Assembly (NCBI GenBank): GCA_963651465.1
Contig: CAVJPS010000016.1
Location: 293-64,292, forward strand
DNA length: 64,000 nt
Source: a bacterium
GTDB lineage: Bacteria; Bacillota_I; Bacilli_A; RFN20; CAG-826
Reading direction: 5' to 3'
Shown: positions 38,878 to 47,279 of the stretch, one piece after another
How positions within the stretch are numbered: the stretch's first letter is position 1
Layout of the letters: every line of letters starts with the position of its first letter
Notes under the pieces: model-generated
The model's database searches: none
What the model was told of the DNA's origin: nothing
What the model saw: only the letters and a program-made list of their open reading frames with translations
Made by a program: the position numbers and the translations under genes

Positions 38878-39802
38878 TTCTATAACCTCCACTTTCTACT
38901 TTAGAAAGAAATGACTTAAGAATGTCTTTATAATTTTCAGTATCAACAATGATACTAGAAGAATGTTCAGCACCTTTTATTAAGTGTAATTCTTTATAAC
39001 AATTAACAGCATTATCATTTATCATCATTGCGTGTTCACAAGGAATAAATGTATCACTTTCTCCATGTATTATTAATAATGGAACCTCATTATCTTTAAT
39101 AGCATCCACCGGTCTAATCTCTCTAGGATTATAACCATTGTTTAATTTAAAAAACTTAAACGATTGATTTAAAAATATTTTCCAAATATGATTTTTCTTT
39201 GCTTGATATTCTAATAAATAACCTAAATCTGCAAAGGCACAATCACTAACAATAAAATCTATTTTATCTTTATATTCACAAGATAATAATGTGGTTGCAG
39301 CCCCTAAAGATTCTCCATGCAATCCAAGGAAGATATCATTGCCAAATCTTTTATATGTATCCTGAATGATTTCATGTAAATCTTTTTTTTCTAGATACCC
39401 CATCATTACTTTACCATGCTTATTAAGTCCATGTCCTCTTGTATCATAAAATACAATCGAATAACCTAATTCATAAAATAGTTTTGCGTATTTCAAAGAT
39501 CCTTCTTTTGTCCAAGTATAACCGTGAACAATAATAACAAATTTCTTGCTATTGTTATTGTTGATATAATCACTGTGAATTACATATCCATCACTTAATT
39601 TTATTTCATAAGGTTCACGCTTGATGTCATTAAAATATCCAATTAAACCTTTATCCACATCAACCTTATTTGTAAAATTAGTTTCGTATCTTTTAGGATG
39701 AGTAACCATAACTTCTAATAGCAATGCTATTAATAAATAAAGTAATAAAATTACAGCTATTCCCCCAACAATACTTAAAATGATTATTTGTGGTAAATCC
39801 AT
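38864..39802 (-). CDS. Membrane-anchored alpha/beta-hydrolase (serine hydrolase)
   Basis: N-terminal TM. Nucleophile elbow GESLG. Acid HGESDTF. His in GAEHSS. Start trimmed to the ATG after SD GGGAGG. Confidence 0.8.
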   Translation of the reverse strand: MDLPQIIILSIVGGIAVILLLYLLIALLLEVMVTHPKRYETNFTNKVDVDKGLIGYFNDIKREPYEIKLSDGYVIHSDYINNNNSKKFVIIVHGYTWTKEGSLKYAKLFYELGYSIVFYDTRGHGLNKHGKVMMGYLEKKDLHEIIQDTYKRFGNDIFLGLHGESLGAATTLLSCEYKDKIDFIVSDCAFADLGYLLEYQAKKNHIWKIFLNQSFKFFKLNNGYNPREIRPVDAIKDNEVPLLIIHGESDTFIPCEHAMMINDNAVNCYKELHLIKGAEHSSSIIVDTENYKDILKSFLSKVESGGYRNGKK

Positions 39803-40160
39803 ATTTACCTCCCTATTCACGCTATATACAATTATATTATATAAATTTATTTAAATAAAAAGCGCTTACATGAACATTATTTGATTTAATCTAGTTAATA
39901 ATTACTATATTTTGATAGAAAAACATTGTTTTTATATCATTTTTTTAAATAAATAAAAATATAACAAAAAAATATTAGATAATATAATCTAATCTGCTAA
40001 TATTAATACTCTATTAGGAAAAACCACAAATGAATTATATGTTAAGAATTATTATTTATCTGAGGTAATACAAATATTACATTTCTATCTATTCAAATCA
40101 TACAATTAACTGGTTGTATTTAGTATTACCTTAATCAAATAAACTATTATAAAAACTTAT

Positions 40161-40188
40161 AAAATAAAAAGTTGCCGTAGCAACTTTT
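40161..40188 (-). terminator. Terminator after metG
   Basis: AAAGTTGC-CGTA-GCAACTTT hairpin followed by a T-run on the minus strand. Confidence 0.75.
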
Positions 40189-40192
40189 ATAT

Positions 40193-41785
40193 TTATTTAT
40201 TTCCACCCATTAAAGAAGCAATATAAGGTACTTCTACTTCTGCATCTAAACGTGGGAATAAAGGATTGATTTTTGTGATAGTAACATTTTGAATATTACC
40301 AAAATGTCTTAATGCTTCAAAGTTACGGAATTCTTCTTTAACACCTAATGCATCAAATAATTGAGCTGGTGCATTAACAAGAACAGGTTGTAATAAGAAT
40401 GCAGCAACATAAAGTACATTAGCTAAATGACACATTACTGAAGCTAATTCTTTCTTCTTAGATTCGTCTTTTGCTAAAGCCCATGGCATTGTTTCATCAA
40501 TATATTTATTAGCGCGAGATACTAAATTCATAGCCTCAATAATTGCATCAGTAATCTTTAATTCTTCAAAATCTTTTTCATATTGAGGAATTGTAAATTC
40601 AACTAAAGAACGTAACTCCTTATCTTGAGGATTTACGTCCCCTTCGTAAGCAGGAACTACTCCATTAAAGTATTTTGTAATCATGCCTAAAGTACGGTTT
40701 AATAAGTTACCAAAGTCATTTGCTAAATCAACATTAACTCTATTAACAAAATCTTCTGGTGTAAATCTACCATCAGAGCCAAATACTGTTTCTCTTACAA
40801 GATAATAACGAACAGCATCTAAACCATAACGTTCAATTAATGGATATGGTGAAACAACATTACCTTTTGATTTTGACATTTTACCATCTTTCATCATTAA
40901 TAAACCATGTACAAATACACGATCTGGTAAATGTAAACCTAAAGCCATTAAGAAGATTGGCCAATAAATAGTATGGAATCTTGTAATATCATTGCCAATA
41001 ACATGAATAATTTCAGTATCGTCATTCCAATACTTTTTATAAAGTTCTTCATCTGGTGATAAGTAACCTAATGCACTAACATAGTTAAGTAAAGCATCTA
41101 ACCAAACATAGACAACATGTTTTGGATTTGATGGAACCGGAATACCCCAACTAAATGAAGTACGTGTGACACATAAATCTTCTAAACCAGGTTTAATAAA
41201 TGTATTAATCATTTCATTTTTACGTGATTCAGGAGTAATAAATTCTGGATGTTCTTCATAGAATTTTAATAAACGATCAACATATTTATTCATTCTAAAG
41301 AAATATGCTTCTTCAGTAGCTTGTTCAACAGGGCGTCCACAATCAGGGCAAATATGGTCAGGACCTACTTGAGTATCAGTCCAAAATGATTCACAAGGTG
41401 TACAATACCAACCTTTATATTCACCAAGATAAATATCATCTTGAGCAAGTAATCTTTCAAAAACTTCTTGAACAACTTTAATATGTCTTTCTTCAGTTGT
41501 CCTAATATAATCATCATTTGTAATTTTCATTGCATCCCATAATTTATGGAAACCTGCAACGATTTCGTCAACAAATTGTTGTTCTGTTTTGCCAGCTTTA
41601 GCAGCATTTTGTTGAATTTTTAAACCGTGTTCATCGGAACCTGTTAAAAAACGACAATCATCTCCGTGCATAATACGATAACGTTTGTAGACGTCACACA
41701 TTGTTGTACAATAAGCATGTCCAATATGTAAGTTAGCACTTGGATAATAAATAGGTGTTGTAATATAAAATCTTTTTTTGTTCAT
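40193..41785 (-). CDS. metG: Methionine--tRNA ligase (short form, no C-terminal tRNA-binding domain)
   Basis: HIGHAY. KMSKS. Zinc knuckles CTPCESF...CPDCGRP. 530 aa. Confidence 0.95.
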   Translation of the reverse strand: MNKKRFYITTPIYYPSANLHIGHAYCTTMCDVYKRYRIMHGDDCRFLTGSDEHGLKIQQNAAKAGKTEQQFVDEIVAGFHKLWDAMKITNDDYIRTTEERHIKVVQEVFERLLAQDDIYLGEYKGWYCTPCESFWTDTQVGPDHICPDCGRPVEQATEEAYFFRMNKYVDRLLKFYEEHPEFITPESRKNEMINTFIKPGLEDLCVTRTSFSWGIPVPSNPKHVVYVWLDALLNYVSALGYLSPDEELYKKYWNDDTEIIHVIGNDITRFHTIYWPIFLMALGLHLPDRVFVHGLLMMKDGKMSKSKGNVVSPYPLIERYGLDAVRYYLVRETVFGSDGRFTPEDFVNRVNVDLANDFGNLLNRTLGMITKYFNGVVPAYEGDVNPQDKELRSLVEFTIPQYEKDFEELKITDAIIEAMNLVSRANKYIDETMPWALAKDESKKKELASVMCHLANVLYVAAFLLQPVLVNAPAQLFDALGVKEEFRNFEALRHFGNIQNVTITKINPLFPRLDAEVEVPYIASLMGGNK

Positions 41786-41945
41786 AATTAATCCTCCATG
41801 GCAATTAATCTATTTGCATTGCTATTATATATTATTTTTTAAATAATTGCTCTATTTAACTTTAAAGAATAATATTTTTATATCTATTAAAGCGTTAAAA
41901 CTAATTAAATGATTTTTATGATAAAATATAAAAAAGGTGATTAAA

Positions 41946-42602
41946 ATGGAAAAAAAGAAAATAAGCTCAAGAATTAAAGAATTGGCTCTTTCATATAGCG
42001 CTGATAAAATAGCTGACTTTGACGAAAATCCTTTAACATTTTTAGAAAACAAATTATATCTAATTCAATTTATATTTAATGTAGTTGTTACTTTAACATT
42101 ATTTGTATTCTCAGGATTTAACATTGCGTTCAAATATATAAATTCAAATTATCATTTCACCCCATCTTTATATGTTTTATTATTTGCAAATATCTTAAGT
42201 TTATTATTAATTGTTGTTTACTACATTGCATATAAGATAAAACGTAAACACGAGGATCCAAATTTAATATGTGAAACTATTCTTGCTATTGCCAAATTTG
42301 CAATCAAAGTATTAAAACTTTTTATTCCTATTATGTTATTAATTACTTTAGTTGGTAATCCAGCTTATAAATTAACAACAATGATTATTTCTATGATTTC
42401 TATCTTTTGCGGCTTCTTCTCCTTTTTTCTAGGTACTTATAAATTTATTCATTTTATGTTAACCCGTAAAAAGAAATTAGAAAAGAAAAAAAGAAATTAC
42501 GAACGTTACCAAAACTTTGATAAATTTTATCAAGACGCAATAAACAATAAACAACAAAAAGAAGGTCAAGTGGATAACGAACATTATCTTGATAATAAAT
42601 AA
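41946..42602 (+). CDS. Membrane protein (4 TM) with a Lys-rich C-terminal tail, unknown function
   Basis: Start trimmed to the ATG after SD AAAGGTGA. Four hydrophobic segments. Confidence 0.6.
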   Translation: MEKKKISSRIKELALSYSADKIADFDENPLTFLENKLYLIQFIFNVVVTLTLFVFSGFNIAFKYINSNYHFTPSLYVLLFANILSLLLIVVYYIAYKIKRKHEDPNLICETILAIAKFAIKVLKLFIPIMLLITLVGNPAYKLTTMIISMISIFCGFFSFFLGTYKFIHFMLTRKKKLEKKKRNYERYQNFDKFYQDAINNKQQKEGQVDNEHYLDNK

Positions 42603-42667
42603 AGTTTACTAAAAAATTTATTAGATATATTTATCACAAACAAAAATACAAAAAGAACTTTAACAAT

Positions 42668-42708
42668 ATGTAAGCGTAAAATCAAGAAAACGCTTACATT
42701 TTTTTTTA
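42668..42708 (+). terminator. Terminator after the 41946-42602 gene
   Basis: ATGTAAGCG / CGCTTACAT stem followed by T10. Confidence 0.75.
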
Positions 42709-42798
42709 AAATTTTCCCTTGATTTATGTAACAGATAATAGTATTCTAATAAACAATCAACTTTAGTTAACTCTGTATATCTAAAACTAGAGATGATT

Positions 42799-42886
42799 AT
42801 GGATGTAAACTTAAAAGTATTTTCCCTACACACACAATAAAAATGCACACATTTTTACTTATAGTACTTCTTTAGTTTACATCCAT
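42799..42886. repeat. Long inverted repeat: 13-bp perfect arms (ATGGATGTAAACT / AGTTTACATCCAT) extendable to about 22 bp with bulges, with a loop of about 60 nt
   Basis: Arms at 42799-42811 and 42874-42886, read directly from the sequence. The loop contains a CACACACA tract. Confidence 0.7.
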
Positions 42887-42968
42887 CCTTTCTGCTCTAA
42901 TTGTTATTGAATATTCATAGATGTTAAAAATTGTTCTTCTTTTTCCAGTTGATATTTAATAACAAGCC

Positions 42969-43007
42969 AAAAGGTACTTTTCGCATAAGAGTACCTTTTT
43001 ATTTTTC
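42969..43007 (+). terminator. Plus-strand terminator with no upstream annotated gene
   Basis: AAAAGGTACT / AGTACCTTTT stem followed by TTATTTTT. There is no T-run on the opposite strand. Confidence 0.6.
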
Positions 43008-43016
43008 TAAAAATAA

Positions 43017-43048
43017 ACAAAAAAAAGATACTCCGTTAAGAGTATCTT
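43017..43048 (-). terminator. Terminator after rpmE
   Basis: AAGATACTC / GAGTATCTT stem followed by TTTTTTTT on the minus strand. Confidence 0.75.
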
Positions 43049-43059
43049 TATTTGTTTTA

Positions 43060-43263
43060 CTATTTAAGACCGTATTTTTTATTGAATTTATCAACACGAC
43101 CATCTGCTTGAGTAAATCTTTGTTTACCTGTGTAGAATGGATGGCAATTTGAACATGTATCAACACGAATTTCTTTTAATGTTGAACCAGTTTCAAATGT
43201 TGCACCACAAGAAACACATGTTACTGTAATCTTGTTGTATTCTGGATGAATTCCTTTTTTCAT
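43060..43263 (-). CDS. rpmE: 50S ribosomal protein L31 (zinc-ribbon type A)
   Basis: MKKGIHPEY... CVSCG ... [10 protein letters not shown]. 67 aa. Confidence 0.95.
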   Translation of the reverse strand: MKKGIHPEYNKITVTCVSCGATFETGSTLKEIRVDTCSNCHPFYTGKQRFTQADGRVDKFNKKYGLK

Positions 43264-43393
43264 AATTTAATCTCCTTCCGCCTAAAGTCTCTATACGTAC
43301 TTTAAGAAAGTTTCGCTTACGCCTTTGTATAATAACATTTATAAAATATAAAATCAATTATTTTATATATATTTTTCTCATTATTAGTATTAT

Positions 43394-43789
43394 TTATTTA
43401 TTTCTCTTAACATATATTATTAAGAATATTTGGAAGAATAAACCAAACATCCATAATAAAGTAATTAGCCACATATCTAATGAACCATACGCAAGTATTG
43501 CACCGTTCATAATAAATTCTGGAAACCAAATAATTAAAGCACAACAAGTTAAAGGAATATATGCTATTAAATTTATTAACATAAGTTTAGGTTTTAAAAA
43601 TGATAGTATAGCCATGACTATTACTAATATAAGTAATACTGGTCCTCCAACTAGTACTTCAATTGATTCAAAATTTGAAGTTATTCCTTTACATAAAATA
43701 TAAGAACATAAAAGTAAAATAGTAACTAAGGTAAAATAGTGAAATATTACCTTATTAATTGGTTTTTTCCCATTTTCTAGATTTGACAT
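43394..43789 (-). CDS. Small 4-TM membrane protein (131 aa), downstream partner of the secreted amidase gene
   Basis: Four hydrophobic segments. 20-nt gap to the upstream gene. SD AAGGGGA. Confidence 0.6.
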   Translation of the reverse strand: MSNLENGKKPINKVIFHYFTLVTILLLCSYILCKGITSNFESIEVLVGGPVLLILVIVMAILSFLKPKLMLINLIAYIPLTCCALIIWFPEFIMNGAILAYGSLDMWLITLLWMFGLFFQIFLIIYVKRNK

Positions 43790-43809
43790 AAATAATCCCC
43801 TTATTGATA

Positions 43810-44664
43810 TTAATATTGATGGTCACAGCCACGACAGTGATCATCAAATAAATAATCGTGACTTTCTATAAATGAATCGCCACCACAGTTAATTGTGTGA
43901 TTTGAATTATTATCTACACAAATTGTAGGAACAGAAACACTACTATCGATTAATTTCTTAGTATGACTATTAGCTCCGATATTAGTTGGTTTAATCCATT
44001 GCGTTTTATCGTTATCGCCTAAATCTATACCAGTAGCATATTTAAATGAAGCAACAACTAATTCACTACAATACCAAGTTGTAGAATTAATATCAGTATT
44101 GCGTCCCCATATTTTAAATTTATATTCTTTACCTACTTGTTGTTCGTTAAAATAAATAACTTTTTTAATTTGATCATCAGTTAGGTTAGGTACACGATAA
44201 ATATATCCATTATATAAACGAGAAACATTTAATTCTATTTCTTTTATACCTTCTGTTTTTCCTAATGCTTCAATTGTTTTAACAACAAAATCACCATTAT
44301 CGTTATAGTAAGTATCTGTTACTACCCCAGCATGACCTGTATTATATTTAATAAAACCAATTTTGATTATTGCACCAATAGGATCAATAAAGATATCACC
44401 TTTCTTGATGAATTTTTCCATACGTGTTCCAAGTGTTGCTACCTTTGTAGCATCCATATCCGGACTTGTTGCACCATAAATTCCTGTTGTGCCATTTGAT
44501 GATCCTGATGAACCAGAACTTGATGCGTTATGACGAGTAACTTCAATTACGTTGTTATTTGTATATCCTAATTCTTGTTCTAATACTGAAGTGTATTGAA
44601 TAGACGAATTAAAAGAAACATAACATGTAGTTAATAACAACAAAAATTTCTTTTTGTTCTTCAT
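43810..44664 (-). CDS. Secreted permuted-papain fold (YiiX/C92-like) amidase/peptidase with a Cys/His-rich C-terminal tail, putative
   Basis: Signal peptide. Ser/Gly linker. GDIFID...GHAGVV (His) precedes WYCSELV (Cys), the permuted order typical of the C92 family. The C-terminal 40 aa carry 4 Cys and 5 His. Confidence 0.5.
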   Translation of the reverse strand: MKNKKKFLLLLTTCYVSFNSSIQYTSVLEQELGYTNNNVIEVTRHNASSSGSSGSSNGTTGIYGATSPDMDATKVATLGTRMEKFIKKGDIFIDPIGAIIKIGFIKYNTGHAGVVTDTYYNDNGDFVVKTIEALGKTEGIKEIELNVSRLYNGYIYRVPNLTDDQIKKVIYFNEQQVGKEYKFKIWGRNTDINSTTWYCSELVVASFKYATGIDLGDNDKTQWIKPTNIGANSHTKKLIDSSVSVPTICVDNNSNHTINCGGDSFIESHDYLFDDHCRGCDHQY

Positions 44665-44772
44665 TTTTGTTTTCTCCCTCTTAAATTAATTTTATAGGTG
44701 AGAAAATAAATTGTCAATTTTGTAATAAGAGAATACTTAATATTGAAATTAATTTATATGAATGAATAAATA

Positions 44773-47184
44773 TTACTTAATAACTTTATAACCAGCTTTT
44801 GTAACAGCATTATCAATAACGGCTTCTTCTAATTCTTTTTTAGATGTGATAACAACTTCTTTTGTTTCTAGATTAACATCTACTTTTGTAACTCCTTTAA
44901 TACCACTTATAGCTTCTATAACGTGTGCTTTACAGTGTTCACACATCATACCATCTACTAATATTTTTGTTTCCATAACTTTTTCCTCCTCTATCTTTTT
45001 AAAGTTAAATAATCTTAAAGCATTTAATACAACAGAAATACTACTAATACACATTGCAAGTGAAGCAATCATAGGATTTAATTTAAAACCATTAATCCAA
45101 TAGAACGCACCCATTGCAACTGGTATTGCTAAGACATTATATGCAAATGCCCAAAATAAACTTAATTTAATATCATTTAAAGTTTTCTTTGATAACATAT
45201 ATGCATTAAATGCATCAAGTAAATCACTACGAGCTAAGATAATATCTGCAGATTCAATTGCGATATCGCTACCTGCACCAATTGCCATTCCAATATTAGC
45301 TGTTTGAAGTGCAATAGCGTCATTAATGCCATCACCAATCATTAAAACCTTAGAATCTTGTTGATATTTTTTTATAACATTAGATTTTTCATCTGGTAAA
45401 ACATCAGCAATTACTTCATCTACATCAACTAAAGATTTAATATAATTTGCGTTATTAATATTATCTCCAGTTAACATTACAGTTTTTAATCCCATTTGTT
45501 TAAATTTACTAATAGCAAATACACTTGATGATTTTATGATATCACTAATTAATACATAACCTAATATCTTTTCGTTATTAGCTAATACAATAACTGAATG
45601 ATTAGAAATATTAATACTAGATACATCTAATCCTAATTCTTCAATATATTTTAAATTACCTGCGTAATAAGTGATTTTATCAATATTACCTTTAATTCCT
45701 TTACCTTTAACAGTTTCAAACTTAGTAACATCTTTTAATGATATATTATGTTCTTCTACATAATTATTAATAGCACTACTTAAAGGATGACTAGAATCTT
45801 TTTCAAGTGATCCTAATATCGATAAGAAATTAGAATCAAATTCTATAACTTCATTAACTACTAATTTCCCTTCAGTAATAGTACCAGTCTTATCCATAAT
45901 AACTGTTTTAACTTCACTTAATCTTTGTAAGCTTTCAGCATTTCTTACTAAAATATGATTTTTAGCAGCTACCCCTGTTGATATCATAATAGCAATAGGA
46001 GTTGCGAGTCCTAACGCACATGGGCAAGAAATAACTAAAACTGAAATAGCAATATCGATAGCAAAACTGACATCTTTTTTTATAATCATCCATACAATAA
46101 ATGAAACAATAGATAAGCCAATAACAACTGGAACAAATACTCCACTTACTTTATCAGCAAGTTTAGCAATAGGAGCTTTACTATTAGAAGCTTCATCAAC
46201 TAATGCGATAATTTTTGATAAAGTTGAATCTTTATTTGTTGTAGTTGCTTTAATATAAACTACTCCATCACTATTTATAATTCCACTATGAAGATTATCA
46301 CCTTTTGAATAAAACTTTGGTAATGGTTCACCCGTTAAAGATGATTCATCAAAATTTCCTTCTCCTTTAACGATTGTTCCATCAACTGGAACACTCATAC
46401 CAGATGTAACTTTTAATATATCACCAATTTTAATATCGTTAATGTCAATTTCTTCTTCTTTATCTTTATCAGTAACTTTAATAGCAGTTTTACCAGTTAA
46501 ATCCATTAACATTTTAATAGAATTAGATGTTTTTGCTTTAGATAATGATTCAATATATTTACCAACACTAACCAAGGTTAAAACTGTACCTGCACCCTCA
46601 AAATAATAATTATTATGTTCAATCATAATATTAGGGTTATTTGTAGCAACCTTTATTATTACTAAGATAATAGAATATAATCCATATACAATAGCAGCAG
46701 TTGCACCAATTGCCACCAAACTATCCATATTAGGTGCTAATTTAAATAAACGTCTATATCCATTAGAAAAATAATTAAAGTTAAGAACTACAATAGGAAT
46801 TAATATAATAAGTTGAGTTAAACCAAACCATAAACCGTGTTGATATGTATGATCTAAAAAGTATGGTAATGGTAGTGAAATCATATGCCCCATTGCAACA
46901 TACATAAGTAATATTAATAATGTAATTGATGCAATTAACTTATTACGTTTAGAATTACTTTGTTTACTAAATCCTGTATCGTCATGGCTTTTCGCCTTAT
47001 AGCCTGCTCTTTCAACTGATTTTATAATTTCTAAATCAGTGACATTATCAGTTTCTAGTTCCATAGTGTTAGAAATTAAGTTAACATTAACATTTTTAAC
47101 ACCATCAATTTTACTAACAGCATTATATACATGAGCTTGACATGCAGTACACGTCATGCCGATAATATCGTATTTCTTTTTCAT
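44773..47184 (-). CDS. copA: Copper-translocating P1B-type ATPase with HMA domains at both the N- and C-terminus
   Basis: N-terminal GMTCTACQ. TM6 CPC. DKTGT. GDGINDA. The C-terminal 67 aa form a second HMA domain (GMMCEHC). Confidence 0.9.
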   Translation of the reverse strand: MKKKYDIIGMTCTACQAHVYNAVSKIDGVKNVNVNLISNTMELETDNVTDLEIIKSVERAGYKAKSHDDTGFSKQSNSKRNKLIASITLLILLMYVAMGHMISLPLPYFLDHTYQHGLWFGLTQLIILIPIVVLNFNYFSNGYRRLFKLAPNMDSLVAIGATAAIVYGLYSIILVIIKVATNNPNIMIEHNNYYFEGAGTVLTLVSVGKYIESLSKAKTSNSIKMLMDLTGKTAIKVTDKDKEEEIDINDIKIGDILKVTSGMSVPVDGTIVKGEGNFDESSLTGEPLPKFYSKGDNLHSGIINSDGVVYIKATTTNKDSTLSKIIALVDEASNSKAPIAKLADKVSGVFVPVVIGLSIVSFIVWMIIKKDVSFAIDIAISVLVISCPCALGLATPIAIMISTGVAAKNHILVRNAESLQRLSEVKTVIMDKTGTITEGKLVVNEVIEFDSNFLSILGSLEKDSSHPLSSAINNYVEEHNISLKDVTKFETVKGKGIKGNIDKITYYAGNLKYIEELGLDVSSINISNHSVIVLANNEKILGYVLISDIIKSSSVFAISKFKQMGLKTVMLTGDNINNANYIKSLVDVDEVIADVLPDEKSNVIKKYQQDSKVLMIGDGINDAIALQTANIGMAIGAGSDIAIESADIILARSDLLDAFNAYMLSKKTLNDIKLSLFWAFAYNVLAIPVAMGAFYWINGFKLNPMIASLAMCISSISVVLNALRLFNFKKIEEEKVMETKILVDGMMCEHCKAHVIEAISGIKGVTKVDVNLETKEVVITSKKELEEAVIDNAVTKAGYKVIK

Positions 47185-47249
47185 ACTAACACCTCATTAA
47201 TAATATAAATGATAATCTATTATTTTAAAAATAAAACGCTTATAACATT

Positions 47250-47276
47250 AAAAAAAAGGCTACATTTGTAGCCTTT
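47250..47276 (-). terminator. Terminator after the ABC exporter operon
   Basis: AAGGCTACA / TGTAGCCTT stem followed by TTTTTTTT on the minus strand. Confidence 0.75.
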
Positions 47277-47279
47277 ATT

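Noticed and set aside
41786-41945. A T-box leader upstream of metG, and similarly upstream of lysS (22946-23022) and cysK (58950-59114).
   Set aside because: The spacers are too short (77-165 nt). They also lack the conserved T-box sequence (AANNNGGGTGGTACCGCG-like) and a terminator/antiterminator pair.
42668-42684. A cre-like sequence TGTAAGCGTAAAATCA.
   Set aside because: It deviates from the cre consensus at the conserved right half, and it forms the left arm of a terminator stem.
41852-43152. Three intergenic ORFs: 41852-42052 (minus), 42660-42848 (minus) and 42931-43152 (plus).
   Set aside because: None has an SD. They run through terminator hairpins or overlap the starts or ends of real genes (the 41946 gene and rpmE). 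Their translations are Phe/Lys/Ile-rich junk typical of AT-rich spacer.
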